A program made the position numbers and the translations under genes. Positions 1 to 11,117 of a stretch of DNA of 64,000 bases are shown here, one piece after another (position 1 is the first letter of the stretch; each line of letters opens with the position of its first letter). Source of the DNA: Octopus vulgaris (Eukaryota). The stretch lies in NCBI GenBank assembly GCA_951406725.2, contig OX597829.1, positions 39,308,001 through 39,372,000 on the forward strand. Reading direction: 5' to 3'. Under the pieces are notes generated by a model. The model saw only the letters and a list, made by a program, of their open reading frames with translations. It searched no databases and was not told where the DNA came from.

Positions 1-344
1 TCTATGTATGCATATACTTGCATGCACACACACACAGACACACACACATCTATAAATGCACATACCTGCACACACGCACAAAAAATCGATATACACATCT
101 ATATACGGACAGGGAAAATGCAGGGTGGAAGGCAGAATACCGAAAAAATATGTGTAAAAAATATATATGAGCAATAAACCTATAAAACAATATCTCTATA
201 AATATGTAAAAAATATATGTATAAAAAATATAAATATATATAAAAATATATAAGAAATATAAGTAAAAAGTATAAAGAGATAAGAAAAATTGTACATGGA
301 CACAATATAGAAAGCAAGCCCTATCTGTAATCTCAGGGGGACCA

Positions 345-762
345 AAAACATAAGAAATATTTAGCCACATATGGGCATGATCTGAAAAGTTCAGTTCTTG
401 AATTCAGACATGTAGCGGGGTCTAAGCTGCTTTTCCAGATGAGCCATCTTTCCATATCACAAAGACAGCACTTTCTGTTGGTGTATGGCTTACACTTGGC
501 TAAGATCTTCCAATGGATGTTGTAACTGATACCTTTATTTTTTAAGGACCATTAAAAATGTCCCTAACGGAGGGGAGGCTAGAAATTATTTTGCTAATGT
601 TTTTAACTAAATTTTTAAACACTATGGGGAGATGGCATGAACCTACATTAATATAACTAAGTCTATCATTGGGCTTCCTATAAGGCTTATAAATATTGTT
701 ATTTAGATCTAAGGATACATCTAGGAAAGTGACAACCGTCAGGTTGGTATCTGTAGGTATGC
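345..762 (-). mobile_element. Penelope-like element (PLE) relic: RT thumb fused by internal deletion to the GIY-YIG endonuclease C-terminus
   Basis: Manual minus-strand translation gives TNLTVVTFLDVSLDLNNNIYKPYRKPNDRLSYINVGSCH (PLE RT FLDV..YRKP..SxHP region) and WSLKNKGISYNIHWKILAKCKPYTNRKCCLCDMERWLIW..CLNSRTELFRSC (PLE endonuclease C-terminal CxLC..E..LNSR.EL..C motif). Neither is in the ORF track. Confidence 0.8.
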
Positions 763-1290
763 TATATACATATATATATTACAAGTAAGAAAATGGAGAA
801 ACACATTAGTTGGTTTATCAGCTTTAGGATATTAGAATGTTGTCTTATATAATTAACAAAACTACAACCAAAATCATTGTGAGAAATTTTTATAAGGACA
901 TCAAAAAAGGTTTAATAAAATAAATAAAAAAGAGGATACAATAAGGGAGAATACAAATGGGGTAATAGAGGAAAAAAATCGGATATTTACAAGCAAGTTG
1001 TAAGAGGGGGAAAATAACAGTATAATAATAATAGTAAGAGAGATAAAAGAGAAAAGCAGACAGATATATCAATGTGTATGCACGTCTAAATGTGCAGTAA
1101 ACTATAACATAAAAAAAGAATAAACTACTAACAGATATGTTTAAAAAAATGGTAACAGGTCGAGACAAAATATAATAAACAGAGCCACGTGTGTATTGTA
1201 GAATATAACATAACAGGTGGACTAGTAGAAAAAAAACCATAGTGAGTTATACATATACATATTAGTATTGAAAAACAGAAAAATATATAT

Positions 1291-1329
<39 letters not shown>

Positions 1330-1380
1330 ATATTTTACATGAGGTTAAAAAGTGATAGGCAAGACAGTTTGAAAAAAGTT

Positions 1381-3103
1381 ACTGGTACCACAAACTACAA
1401 ATTCCATTGATGTTGATCAATTTCGATTTTGATTTGATTTTTTGATTTTCACTTGCCTCAACAGGTCTTCACAAGTAGAGTTATGTGTCCCAAGAAGGAA
1501 GGTATGCACAGGTGAACTGACTACGTCCCAGGTAGGGGCCATGGGTTATGGCCTCACTTGTCCTGCCGGGTCTTCTCACGCACAGCATACTTCCAAAGGT
1601 CTCGGTCTCTGGTCATTTCCTCGGTGAGACCTAAAGAGCGAAGGTCGTGCTTCACCACCTCGTCCCAGGTTTTCCTGGGTCTACCTCTTCCACAGGTTCC
1701 CTCAACCGCTGGGGTATGGCACTTTTTCACACAACCATCTTCATCCATTCTTACCACGTGTCCATACCAGCGTAGACGTCTCTCTTGCACACCACAACTG
1801 ATGCTTCTTAGGTCCAACTTTTCTCTCAAAGCACTTACACACTGTCGGGTATGAACACTGACATTACACATCCATCGGAGCATACTGGCTTCATTTCTTG
1901 CAAGCTTGCACATATCCATGTTTCACTGCCGTGTAGCATGGCTGTTCGTACACATGCGTCATACAGTCTGCCTTTTACTCTGAGCGAGAGGCCTTTTGTC
2001 ACCAGCAGAAGTAAGAGCTCTGAACTTTGCCCAGGCTATTCTTACTCTAGCAGTTACACTTTCAGCACACCTGCCCCCGCTACTGACTTGATCACCTAGG
2101 TAAAGGAAACTATCAACTATTTCTAGTTTTTCTCCCTGGAATGTGGCGGAAGATGGTCTCTGCACATTTTCAGTGTTTATAGCACCTGAGCATCTGCCAC
2201 ATACAAAAACTATATTCCTAGTTAGCCTTCCTTTGACATTGCTGCACCTCTTATGTGTCCATAGCTTACACTTGGTGCATCTTATAGAGTTCCTACCTAC
2301 GCCTTTTCTACAAATCGAGCAGGGTCATCTACCTGAAGGCGTTTGAGATTTGTCTACCTTCCCACTTATTAGGACTTTGATTTTAGCTAGGTTGACTCTA
2401 AGGCCATTCAATTCTAATTCTTGCTTCCACGTCTGAAACTTCTCCTCCAGTTCTGATAGTGATTCAGCAATTAGAGCAAGGTCATCAGCATAGAGGAGCT
2501 CCCAAGGGCATCCTGTCATGAATTCCTCCGTTATTGCCTGGAGGACTATGATAAATAGGAGGGGACTGAGGACTGAGCCTTGGTGGACCCCAACCTCTAC
2601 TCAGAATTCTTCACTGTACTTGTTGCCAACCCTCACCTTACTAACAGCGTCCCTGTACATGGCACACACAGCTCTCACTAACCATTCATCTATCCCTAGT
2701 TTCCTCATTGACCACCAGATAAGGGATCGGGGGACCCTGTCAAAGGCTTTCTCCAAGTCAACAAAAGCCAGGTACAGGGGCTTATCTTTGGCTAGGTATT
2801 TCTCCTGCAGCTGTCTCACCAGAAATATGGCATCGGTGGTGCTTTTCCCTGGCACGAAACCAAACTGCATCTCATCCAGGTTGACTCTCTCCCTAATCAG
2901 TTGGGCTATGACCCTTTCCGTAACCTTCATTACCTGATCCAACAGCTTGATACCTCTGTAATTACTTGTATCTAGGGTGTCACCTTTACCTTTGTAGCAG
3001 TTGACTATTATGCTACTACACCAGTCATTGGGTATGACTCCTTCGTGTATCACCTGGTTAACTATACGGGTGACTAGGCTATAGCTAACACTGTCAGATA
3101 TTT
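1381..3103 (-). mobile_element. RTE-clade LINE, 5'-truncated and frameshifted (RT, C-terminus and part of 3' UTR)
   Basis: ORFs 2601-3053 (NYRGIKLL, QFGF, FVDLEKAFDRV), 2325-2519 (LLYADDLALIA), 1959-2165 (FLYLGD) and 1554-1919 (RRLRWYGHV, GRGRPRKTW); stops and frameshifts lie between them. Confidence 0.95.
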
Positions 3104-3136
3104 ACACATACACACACAAATATATATATATATATA

Positions 3137-3640
3137 AATCCGTTTCCCATGCTGGTATGGGTTGGATGCTTTGAATGGGGACTGGCAAGCCAGGATTTTG
3201 CACTAGGCTCCAATCTGACCTGGCAAGGTTTCTACAGCTAGATGCCCTTCCTAATGCCAACTCTCCAAGGGTGTTGTGAGTGCTTTTTTACGTCCTACCT
3301 GCACGTGAGCCAGTCAGGCAGAACTGGCATCAGACTTGTTCTGATGGTACTTTTTTTTTTATGTGCCACTGGCACAGGGAACCAGACAGGTGTCACTGGC
3401 ATTGACTCACACATGAATGGTGCTTATTGCGTACCACCAGCACGGGAGCCAGTCAGGTGGCAATTTGCATTGGCCACAACTGAAATTTTTATTTGATTCC
3501 GATTTGAGTGAGATTCTGATTGTGATTTTGATTTCAATTAGACTTGACTCAATAGGTCTCCCCTAGTGTGTCATGTCGCGCGATGATTCAAAGGTTCCTT
3601 TAAATGGTCTGGTTATGTGACACTGGAGGTATGCTGTGAC
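3137..3640 (-). mobile_element. Decayed RTE 3'-UTR/tail fragment
   Basis: Contains the GATGCCCTTCCTAATGCCAAC motif and GGCAC..AAAAAGCACC-type units shared with the RTE 3' ends at 7736-8850 and 9027-9838. Confidence 0.75.
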
Positions 3641-3699
3641 TGAGAAAACACAGCAAATAAAGTGAGTACACAGCTGAAACCTACACCAGAGCCAGAAAA

Positions 3700-4143
3700 T
3701 CAGTCCACTCAAACATACCTTGGATCGTAGGGCAACATACCGTGCTTGAGGAGACCTATTGACTCAAGTACATCAACATCAACAATATCAAAATCAAATC
3801 AAATGGAAATTGTAGTTGTGAGCCCCGTACCAGTAACACGTAAAAAGCACCATCCGAATGTGGCCGATGCCAGTGCCGCCTTGACTGGCTTCCATGCTAG
3901 TGGCACGTAAAAAGCACCACCCAATCATGGTCGATGCCAGCTCCGCTGGCCCCTTGTGCTGATGGCATGTAAAAAGCACCCACTACACTCTTGGAGTGGT
4001 TGGCGTAAGGAAGGGCATCCAGCTGTAGAAACATTGCCAGATCAGATTGGGGCCTGGAGCAGCCTCCCGGCTACTCAGACCTCAGTTGAACTGTCCAACC
4101 CATATTGGCATGGAAAATGGACATAAAACGATGATGATGATGA
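3700..4143 (+). mobile_element. RTE 3'-UTR/tail fragment ending in (GAT)n
   Basis: Three GGCACGTAAAAAGCACC-type units, GGAAGGGCATCCAGCTGTAGAAA motif, (ATG)n tail at about 4130-4143. Confidence 0.85.
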
Positions 4144-4280
4144 TAATAATATATATACATATATATACAGATATATATACATATATATATATACACACAT
4201 ATACATACATACATATATATATATGTATATAAATAATATAGATATATATACATTTATATATATATATATATATACATATA

Positions 4281-5115
4281 CAGTCAACTCTCGCTACTAT
4301 GCCACCCTGCGGGACTGAGCCAAAGTGGCATAGTACCGAGAGTGGCATAGTACCGAGGGTCTGTTATCTAAACACTACATAACCAAAAATCTACTGAACA
4401 TACGAATAAAAATTCATAGGGTAGGAGGTAAGGCCAATAAGAAGTTCAATGCAATGGTAAAATGAAGACATCCAAGTTTATTAAGTTCAGATTGCTTTTA
4501 GTTAATCCCGAAGCTCTCAAAAATTGTCGGCTGACGCATCTTCTTTCGGCGGATTTCATTCATTTCGTGGTCTAGCCTATCACACGCCTGCATGACGCTG
4601 GGTTTTCCGCTGCTCTGCTGCTGCATAAACTTTCGGATAGTGCTCCATGCTCTCTGGGCATCTGCAAATGAAACGTATTCCTCTTCCACAATTACCTCGT
4701 CGTCTTCACTTTCCACCAGCTCTTCGTTATGCATTACCTCCTTTGCTATTTCTTCTAGAGTGAAACATGTCGGACAATAAAGGGGCGGTAACTTGTATCA
4801 GATATTACTAATGATATGAGGGGCTCGACAATAACGTTTTTCGCAGCATCGATAATCTCCTTCTTTTCCTTCAGCGTAAACTCAGTCTGCTTGCGTTTCT
4901 GAGCTGACATTGTGTGCTACTGAACTTTTCCACAAGATTACAAATACGAAATGTACAAAATGTAGGAGTACAAAATTTCAAAAAGTTGTGTGCGCTTCAG
5001 TTTACAAGTGGCATAGTAAAAATTTTTTGTTTATTATTTGGCCAGGACCACGCAAAACTGGCATAGTAGCAAGAGTGGCATAGTAGCGAGGTGGCATAGT
5101 AGCGAGAGTTGACTG
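4281..5115 (-). mobile_element. Tigger/pogo-family DNA transposon, internally deleted (835 bp)
   Basis: Perfect 26-bp TIRs CAGTCAACTCTCGCTACTATGCCACC, TA on both sides, subterminal GTGGCATAGTA(G/C)CGAG repeats. The minus strand keeps a transposase N-terminus MSAQKRKQTEFTLKEKKEIIDAAK (CENP-B-like HTH start, ATG at 4910) and an acidic C-terminus ending RQPTIFESF (ORF 4498-4734). The DDD core is missing. Confidence 0.92.
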
Positions 5116-5185
5116 TATAATTTCTGTAATTCGAATTAGGTTATGGCCATGAAACGTATGTAGTGGTTTTACTTATTATATAATA

Positions 5186-5583
5186 CTAGCAGTATCGCCC
5201 GGCGTTGCTCGGGTTTGTAAGGGAAATAACTATATAAGCATTTTTAGAGAGTTATAGCAAAAAAATAGCAAAAAAATGCATTAAAAATGGAATAAAAAAT
5301 GATGGTAATTTTTTTTTTAAATCGTTGACTCATCGTAGACATTTTTAGAGAGTTACTTCCCTTATATAATAGCGAAAAAATGCATTCAAATGGAAAAAAT
5401 GATGGTAAATTTTTTTTAAAATCGTAGACTCATCGTAGACGCACGCTAATACCCAGAAGGGCTCGATATGAATCACGACTATAAGATACTCGGTTTTGGT
5501 TAAACTGCACCGCAAAATGTGGGAGTAGTTAGGAATCTAAATCGTAGGAGACAGACACACAACTTCACTTTTGTATATAAAGA
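5186..5583 (-). mobile_element. Non-autonomous Helitron (family H1), copy A
   Basis: On the minus strand it starts TC(TTTATATAC) and ends with hairpin CCCGAGCAACGCCGGG then CGATACTG-CTAG; it sits between A and T with no TSD. Confidence 0.85.
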
Positions 5584-5679
5584 TTTGTGCAACAACTAAA
5601 ACATTCGGTTGTGCAAATTGTTTGCACAGGAAACCTGCCCTGTGTGGCGGTTTTTGCCGTTTTTGTGGATCTGTTTCAG

Positions 5680-6097
5680 CTTTTTTAGCGATTTCTGTTT
5701 TGGCGACCTCAAGCCATGAAGTCGTTGTTCTAAAAGAACGCTGGTCTCCTTGACAACGCTTTACGACGTTGATTTCCTTACACTCCCTTCCCCACAGCTT
5801 CACGAGGGAGGGAAGAAGGGGGAGAAGCAAACAGGTGCAGGTGTGAGCATGGACGCCAACTCCGCTGCCTTCCCTTTATTTAAAAAATATGCGTTAAAAT
5901 GGAAAACAATTATGGTAAATTATTTTTTAAATCGTAGACTCATCGTAGACGCACGCTAATACCCAGACAGGCTCGATATGAATCACGACTATAAGATACC
6001 CGAATTTGGTTAAACTGCACCGCAAAATGTGGGAGTAGTTAGGAATCTAAATTGTAGGAGACAGACACTCACACAACTACAGTTTTATATATATAGA
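5680..6097 (-). mobile_element. Helitron H1 copy B, lacking its own 3' CTAG end
   Basis: 5' end TCTATATATATAAAAC at 6097; internal sequence near-identical to about 6195-6616. Confidence 0.75.
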
Positions 6098-6103
6098 TAT
6101 ATA

Positions 6104-6616
6104 CTAGCAGTATCGCCCGGCGTTGCTCGTGTTTGTAAGGGAAATAACTATATAAGCATTTTTAGAGAGTTACTTCCCTTATAGATGCCAATTCGGGCTT
6201 TCTTAGCCATTTCTGTTTTGGTGTCTTCAAGCCATGAAGTCGTTGTTCTAAAAGAACGCTGGTCTCCTTGACAACGCTTTACGACGTTGATTTCCTTACA
6301 CTCCCTTCCCCACAGCTTCACGAGGGAGGGAAGAAGGGGGAGAAGCAAACAGGTGCAGGTGTGACCATGGACGCCAACTCCGCTGCCATCGACACACGAA
6401 AAATTATGCATTAAAATGGAATAAAAAATGATGTTAAATTATTTTTAAAATCGTAGACTCATCGTAGACGCGCGCTAATACTCAGACGGGCTCGATATGA
6501 ATCATGACTATAAGATACCCGAATTTGGTTAAACTGCACCGCAAAATGTGGGAGTAGTTAGGAATCTAAATCGAAGGGGACAGACACTCACACAACTACA
6601 GTTTTATATATATAGA
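6104..6616 (-). mobile_element. Helitron H1 copy C
   Basis: CTAGCAGTATCGCCCGGCGTTGCTCG at 6104 (3' end on minus strand); TCTATATATATAAAAC 5' end at 6616. Confidence 0.85.
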
Positions 6617-6620
6617 TAGA

Positions 6621-6898
6621 ACTAGATCACCAAAAGTATAAAAATGAATAATCAATATATAATAAGTAATATATAATAAACAATATATAAGTACTTTATA
6701 TTGTTTATTCATTTTTTGTACTTTTTGTGATCTAGTTATATGTTTTATAATATATTTCTTTTTTCTTTATGATTTGGTTTGTGTCTATCATTGTTTGAAT
6801 TACATAATAGTGATTTTTCTCTAATTTATATATACTGTGAAACTTGACTTCATACTAAATTGAATTTTTCCCTGTAAGTTTGTAGTTATACTCCCTAA

Positions 6899-6973
<75 letters not shown>

Positions 6974-7065
6974 CAGTGATGCTTCATAGTAAGAGTTTAA
7001 TTTGTTCCATGACTGAGTTCATTTTACAATTTACTCATTTTACAAATCAATTTTACCCCATTGAA
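6621..7065. repeat. AT-rich fold-back repeat X (inverted copy of about 42180-42645)
   Basis: Near-identical reverse complement of the 42-kb copy, including the (ATT)n(GT)n tract and the inverted-repeat junction centred on AAGTACTT. Confidence 0.85.
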
Positions 7066-7495
7066 TATACATATATATACATACATATATTCATATATAT
7101 ATACATACATATATATATATATACATACATATATATATATATATATACATACATATATATATATATATATACATACATACATATATATACATACATACAT
7201 ATATATACATACATACATATATATATATATATACATACATACATATATATACATACATACATACATATATATATACATACATATATATATATACATACAT
7301 ACATACATATATATACATACATACATACATATATATATACATACATATATATATATACATACATATATATATATACACATACATATATATACACATACAT
7401 ATATATATATATACATACATGTATATATATACACATATATATATATACATACATACATATATATATATTCATATATATATATTCATATAATATAT
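7066..7495. repeat. Compound (TA)n/(TACA)n microsatellite
   Basis: Seen directly; source of the Y/I/H/T/M/C/V pseudo-ORFs. Confidence 0.98.
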
Positions 7496-7735
7496 AGGGA
7501 GATATACTCGCATAGCAAGTGATTTGATCTGAGATCGTGTGCTGAGACGAAAACAATTGCAGCGTGGAAGGTGTTTATAAGCCATTTAAGAAATACACAA
7601 AAGTCGTTCGATTCACTTCAACATTTAAGTTTAATTTGTCAAAATATTTTCGTCGATAAAATCCGCGACCTGTTCACTGACAAAAATCCGTGCTGCATAT
7701 ATATATATATATTGGCATATATATATATATATATA

Positions 7736-8850
7736 TCATCATCATCGTTTAGCGTCCGTTTTCCATGCTAGCATGGGTTGGACGGTTCAACTGGGGTCTG
7801 TGAAGCCGGAAGGCTTCATCAGGCCTAGTCAGATCTGGCAGTGTTTCTACGGCTGGATGCCCTTCCTAATGCCAACCACTCCGTGAGTGTAGTGGGTGCT
7901 TTTTATGTGCCACCCGCACAAGTGACAGACAGAGCTGGCAAACGGCCACGAATGGATGGTGCTTTTTATGTGCCACCGGCACGGGGGCCAGGCGAGGCTG
8001 GCAACGGACACGAACGGATGGTGCTTTTTACGTGCCACCGGCACGTGGCCAGTCGGGGCGGCGCTGGCAATGGTCACGAACGGATGGTTCTCTTACATGC
8101 CACCGGCACTGGTAACACATCTGCAATTTCCATTGATCGATTCTGATTCTGATCCTCACTTGCCTCAACAGGTCTTCACAAGTAGAGTTTTGTCTCCCAA
8201 GAAGGGAAGATATGCATACGTAGGCTGGCTCCATCCCATGTAGAAGGCCACGGGTTATGGTCTCACTTGTCCTGCCGGGTCTTCTCGCGCACAGCACACT
8301 TCCAGAGGTCTCGGTCTCTAGTCATTTCCTCAGTGAGACCTAAAGTTTGAAGGTCGTGCTTCACCACCTCGTCCCAGGTTTTCCTGGGTCTGCCTCTTCC
8401 ACAGGTTCCCTCAACCGCTAGGGTGTGGCACTTTTTCACACAACTATCTTCATCCATTCTTGCCACATGCCCATACCAGCGCAAACGTCTCTCTTGCATA
8501 CCACAACTGATGCTTCTTAGGTCCAGCTTTTCTCTCAAGGTACTTACACTCTGCCGAGTATGAGTACTGACATTACACATCCATCGGAGCATACTGGCTT
8601 CATTTCTTCGAGCTTACGCATATCCTCAGCAGTCACGGCCCATGTTTCACTGCCATGTAGCATGGCTGTTCGTACACACGCATCATACAGTCTGCCTTTT
8701 ACTCTATGCGAGAGGCCTTTTGTCACCAGCAGAGGTAAGAGCTCTCTGAACTTTGCCCAAGCTATTCTTACTCTAGCAGTTACACTTTCAGCACACCCGC
8801 CCCCGCTGCTGACTTGTCACCTAGGTAACGGAAACTATCAACTATTTCTA
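7736..8850 (-). mobile_element. RTE LINE 3' fragment with complete 3' UTR and (GAT)n tail
   Basis: ORFs 8544-8726 ([20 protein letters not shown]) and 8263-8592 are near-identical to the copy at 1554-2100; tail (ATC)n at 7736-7746. Confidence 0.93.
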
Positions 8851-8989
8851 GTTTTATATATATATATATATATATTCATATATATACATACATACATATA
8901 TATATACATACATACATACATATATATATACATACATACATATACATACATACATACATACATATACATACATACATATACATACATAC

Positions 8990-9026
<37 letters not shown>

Positions 9027-9028
<2 letters not shown>

Positions 9029-9838
9029 ACGTGGCGGTAGCCAGTACCACATCGACTGGCCTCCGTGCTGTGGGCACGTAACAAACACCATCCGATCGTG
9101 GCCGTTCGCCAGCCTCATCTGGCACCTGTGTTGGTGGCACATAAAAACACCATCCAAAGACCCGGCAAGACTAGTCAGGCCATAACCCGTGGCCCCTACC
9201 TGGGACGTAGTCAGTCCACCTGTGCATACCTTCCTTCTTATGACACTTGTGAAGACCTGTTGAGGCAAGTATGTGACACTTGTGAAGACCTGTTGAGGCA
9301 AGTGTGTGACACTTGTGAAGACCTGTTGAGGCAAGTGAAAATCAAACCAAATCAAAATAGATGAACATCAATGGAATTTGTATCTTTGTGGTACCAGTGC
9401 CGGTGGCACACAAGAAAACCATCCGAACGTGGCCGTAGCCAGTACTGCATCGACTGGCCTCCGTGCTGTGGGCACGTAACAAACACCATCCGAACGTGGC
9501 CGTTCGCCAGCCTCATCTGGCACTTGTGTCGGTGGCACATAAAAACTCCATCCGAGCGTGGCCGTCTGCCAGCCTCGTCTGGCACCTGTGTCGGTGGCAC
9601 ATAAAAAACACCATCCGAGCGTGGCCGTTCGCCAGCCTCGTCTGGCACCTGTGTCGGTGGCACATAAAATCACCCACTACACTCTCGGAGTGGTTGGCGT
9701 TAGGAAGGGCATCCAGCTGTAGAAACACTGCCAGATCTGACTGGCCTGGTGCAGCCTTCGGGCTCCCCAGACTCCAGTTGAACCATCCAACCCATGCTAG
9801 CATGGAAAGCGGACATTAAATGATGATGATGATGATGA
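9027..9838 (+). mobile_element. RTE 3'-UTR copy with internal tandem repeats and (GAT)n tail
   Basis: Includes the ORF-end sequence GACCCGGCAAGAC, a 33-bp triplication (9241-9336), five units of about 62 bp and the tail at 9821-9838. Confidence 0.9.
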
Positions 9839-9849
9839 TATATATATAT

Positions 9850-10503
9850 ACTGCCGGTGACAGTACACCCTAATTGGCATTTGTGTCAGTGGAACATTAA
9901 AAGCACATCCGAACATAGGGTGTAACCGGCCCACTTATGTGTACCCCTCGTTCATTGGACAATGAACTTTGCATGCAAAGACATATTCAGGCAAGTGTAA
10001 ACAAATCATAATTGCTGACAAGGCCGATGACAGTATTGCCTGATTGGCACTCATGCCAGTGGAACATGAAAAGCACATCCGAGTGTGACTGTTGCCAGGG
10101 CCACGGATTGGCTCCCATGGCGGTGACACATGAAAAGCACCGTTTGAGTGTGAGTATTTCCATCATCGCTTTACCTGCACATGTGTTGGTATAACATGAA
10201 AAACAACATTTGAGCGTGGTCATTGCCAGTGCCACCGGACTGGTTCCCATGCAGGTAGCACATAAAAACACCTTTTGAGCATGGTTATTACCAGAACTGC
10301 CTGACTGGCATTTGGTGTCACATAAAAGCACTCACTACACTCTCAGAGTTGTTGGTGTTAGGAAGTGCATCCAGCTGTACAAACTTTGCCAGATCAGACT
10401 GAGCCTGGTGCAGCCACTGGCTAACCAGTCCTCAGTCAAACCGTCCAACCCATACCAGCATAGAAAGCGGATGTAAAACGACGAGGATGATGATACTGAT
10501 GAT
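9850..10503 (+). mobile_element. Older RTE 3'-UTR copy with about 6 diverged units
   Basis: Repeated ..CACATGAAAAGCAC.. units, the conserved GCATCCAGCTGTA motif and a degenerate (GAT)n tail. Confidence 0.75.
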
Positions 10504-10680
10504 ATAGCTACTACACACATTTTTTTCTCTCCTTGTTTTTTCTGTGTACCTTTCTGTAGAAGAGCTTAGGCTCGAAACGTAAAAGACTTTTTCTATTCCT
10601 GAGCGCTATACTAATACATCTGTTTGTTTGTACACCACCTGCCTTCGTCTTTTGTTTATTTTCGTAAACTCTCCCTTTAT
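10504..10680 (+). mobile_element. Short PLE-like terminal fragment with a hammerhead-like motif
   Basis: CTTT-CTGTAGAAGA-GCTTAGGCTC-GAAA-CG-TA-AAAG at 10550-10585; the core differs from CUGANGA. Confidence 0.4.
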
Positions 10681-10700
10681 ATATATATATATATATATAT

Positions 10701-10920
10701 ACTCTTTTACTCTTTTACTTGTTTCAGTCATTTGACTGCGGCCATGCTGGAGCACCGCCTTTAATTGAGCAACTCGACCCCGGGACTTATTCTTTTTGTA
10801 AGCCCAGTATTCTATCGGTCTCTTTTGCCGAACCGCTAAGTAACGGGGACATAAACACACCAGCATCGGTTGTCAAGCAATGCTAGGGGGACAAACACAG
10901 ACACACAAACACACACACGC

Positions 10921-10955
<35 letters not shown>

Positions 10956-11117
10956 TACGACGGGCTTCTTTCAGTTTCCGTCTACCAAATCCACTCACAA
11001 GGCTTTGGTCGGCCCGAGACTATAGTAGAAGACACTTGCCCAAGGTGCCACGCAGTGGCACTGAACCCAGAACCATGTGGTTGGTAAACAAGCTACTTAC
11101 CACACAGCCACTCCTGT
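10701..11117 (-). mobile_element. tRNA-derived SINE family B (CORE-like), full length
   Basis: Minus strand: A-box TGGCTGTGTGG, B-box GGTTCAGTGCC, CORE-like CCTTGGGCAAGTGTCTT, internal (TA)/(CA) tract, tail (TAAAAGAG)2. Decayed relatives at about 11235-11610, 16250-16672, 32410-32550, 35825-35935, 37915-38110, 38710-38978, 50775-51040 and 61962-62100. Confidence 0.85.

Noticed and set aside
6931-7556. Long ORFs rich in Y/I/H/T or M/Y/V/C (also 4047-4348, 8838-9140, 34492-35451)
   Set aside because: Translations of (TA)n/(TACA)n/(TATG)n microsatellites that lack stops by composition.
9241-9670. Regularly spaced repeats that look like a CRISPR array
   Set aside because: The intervening sequences are homologous to each other, there are no cas genes, and the array lies in a LINE 3' UTR in animal DNA.
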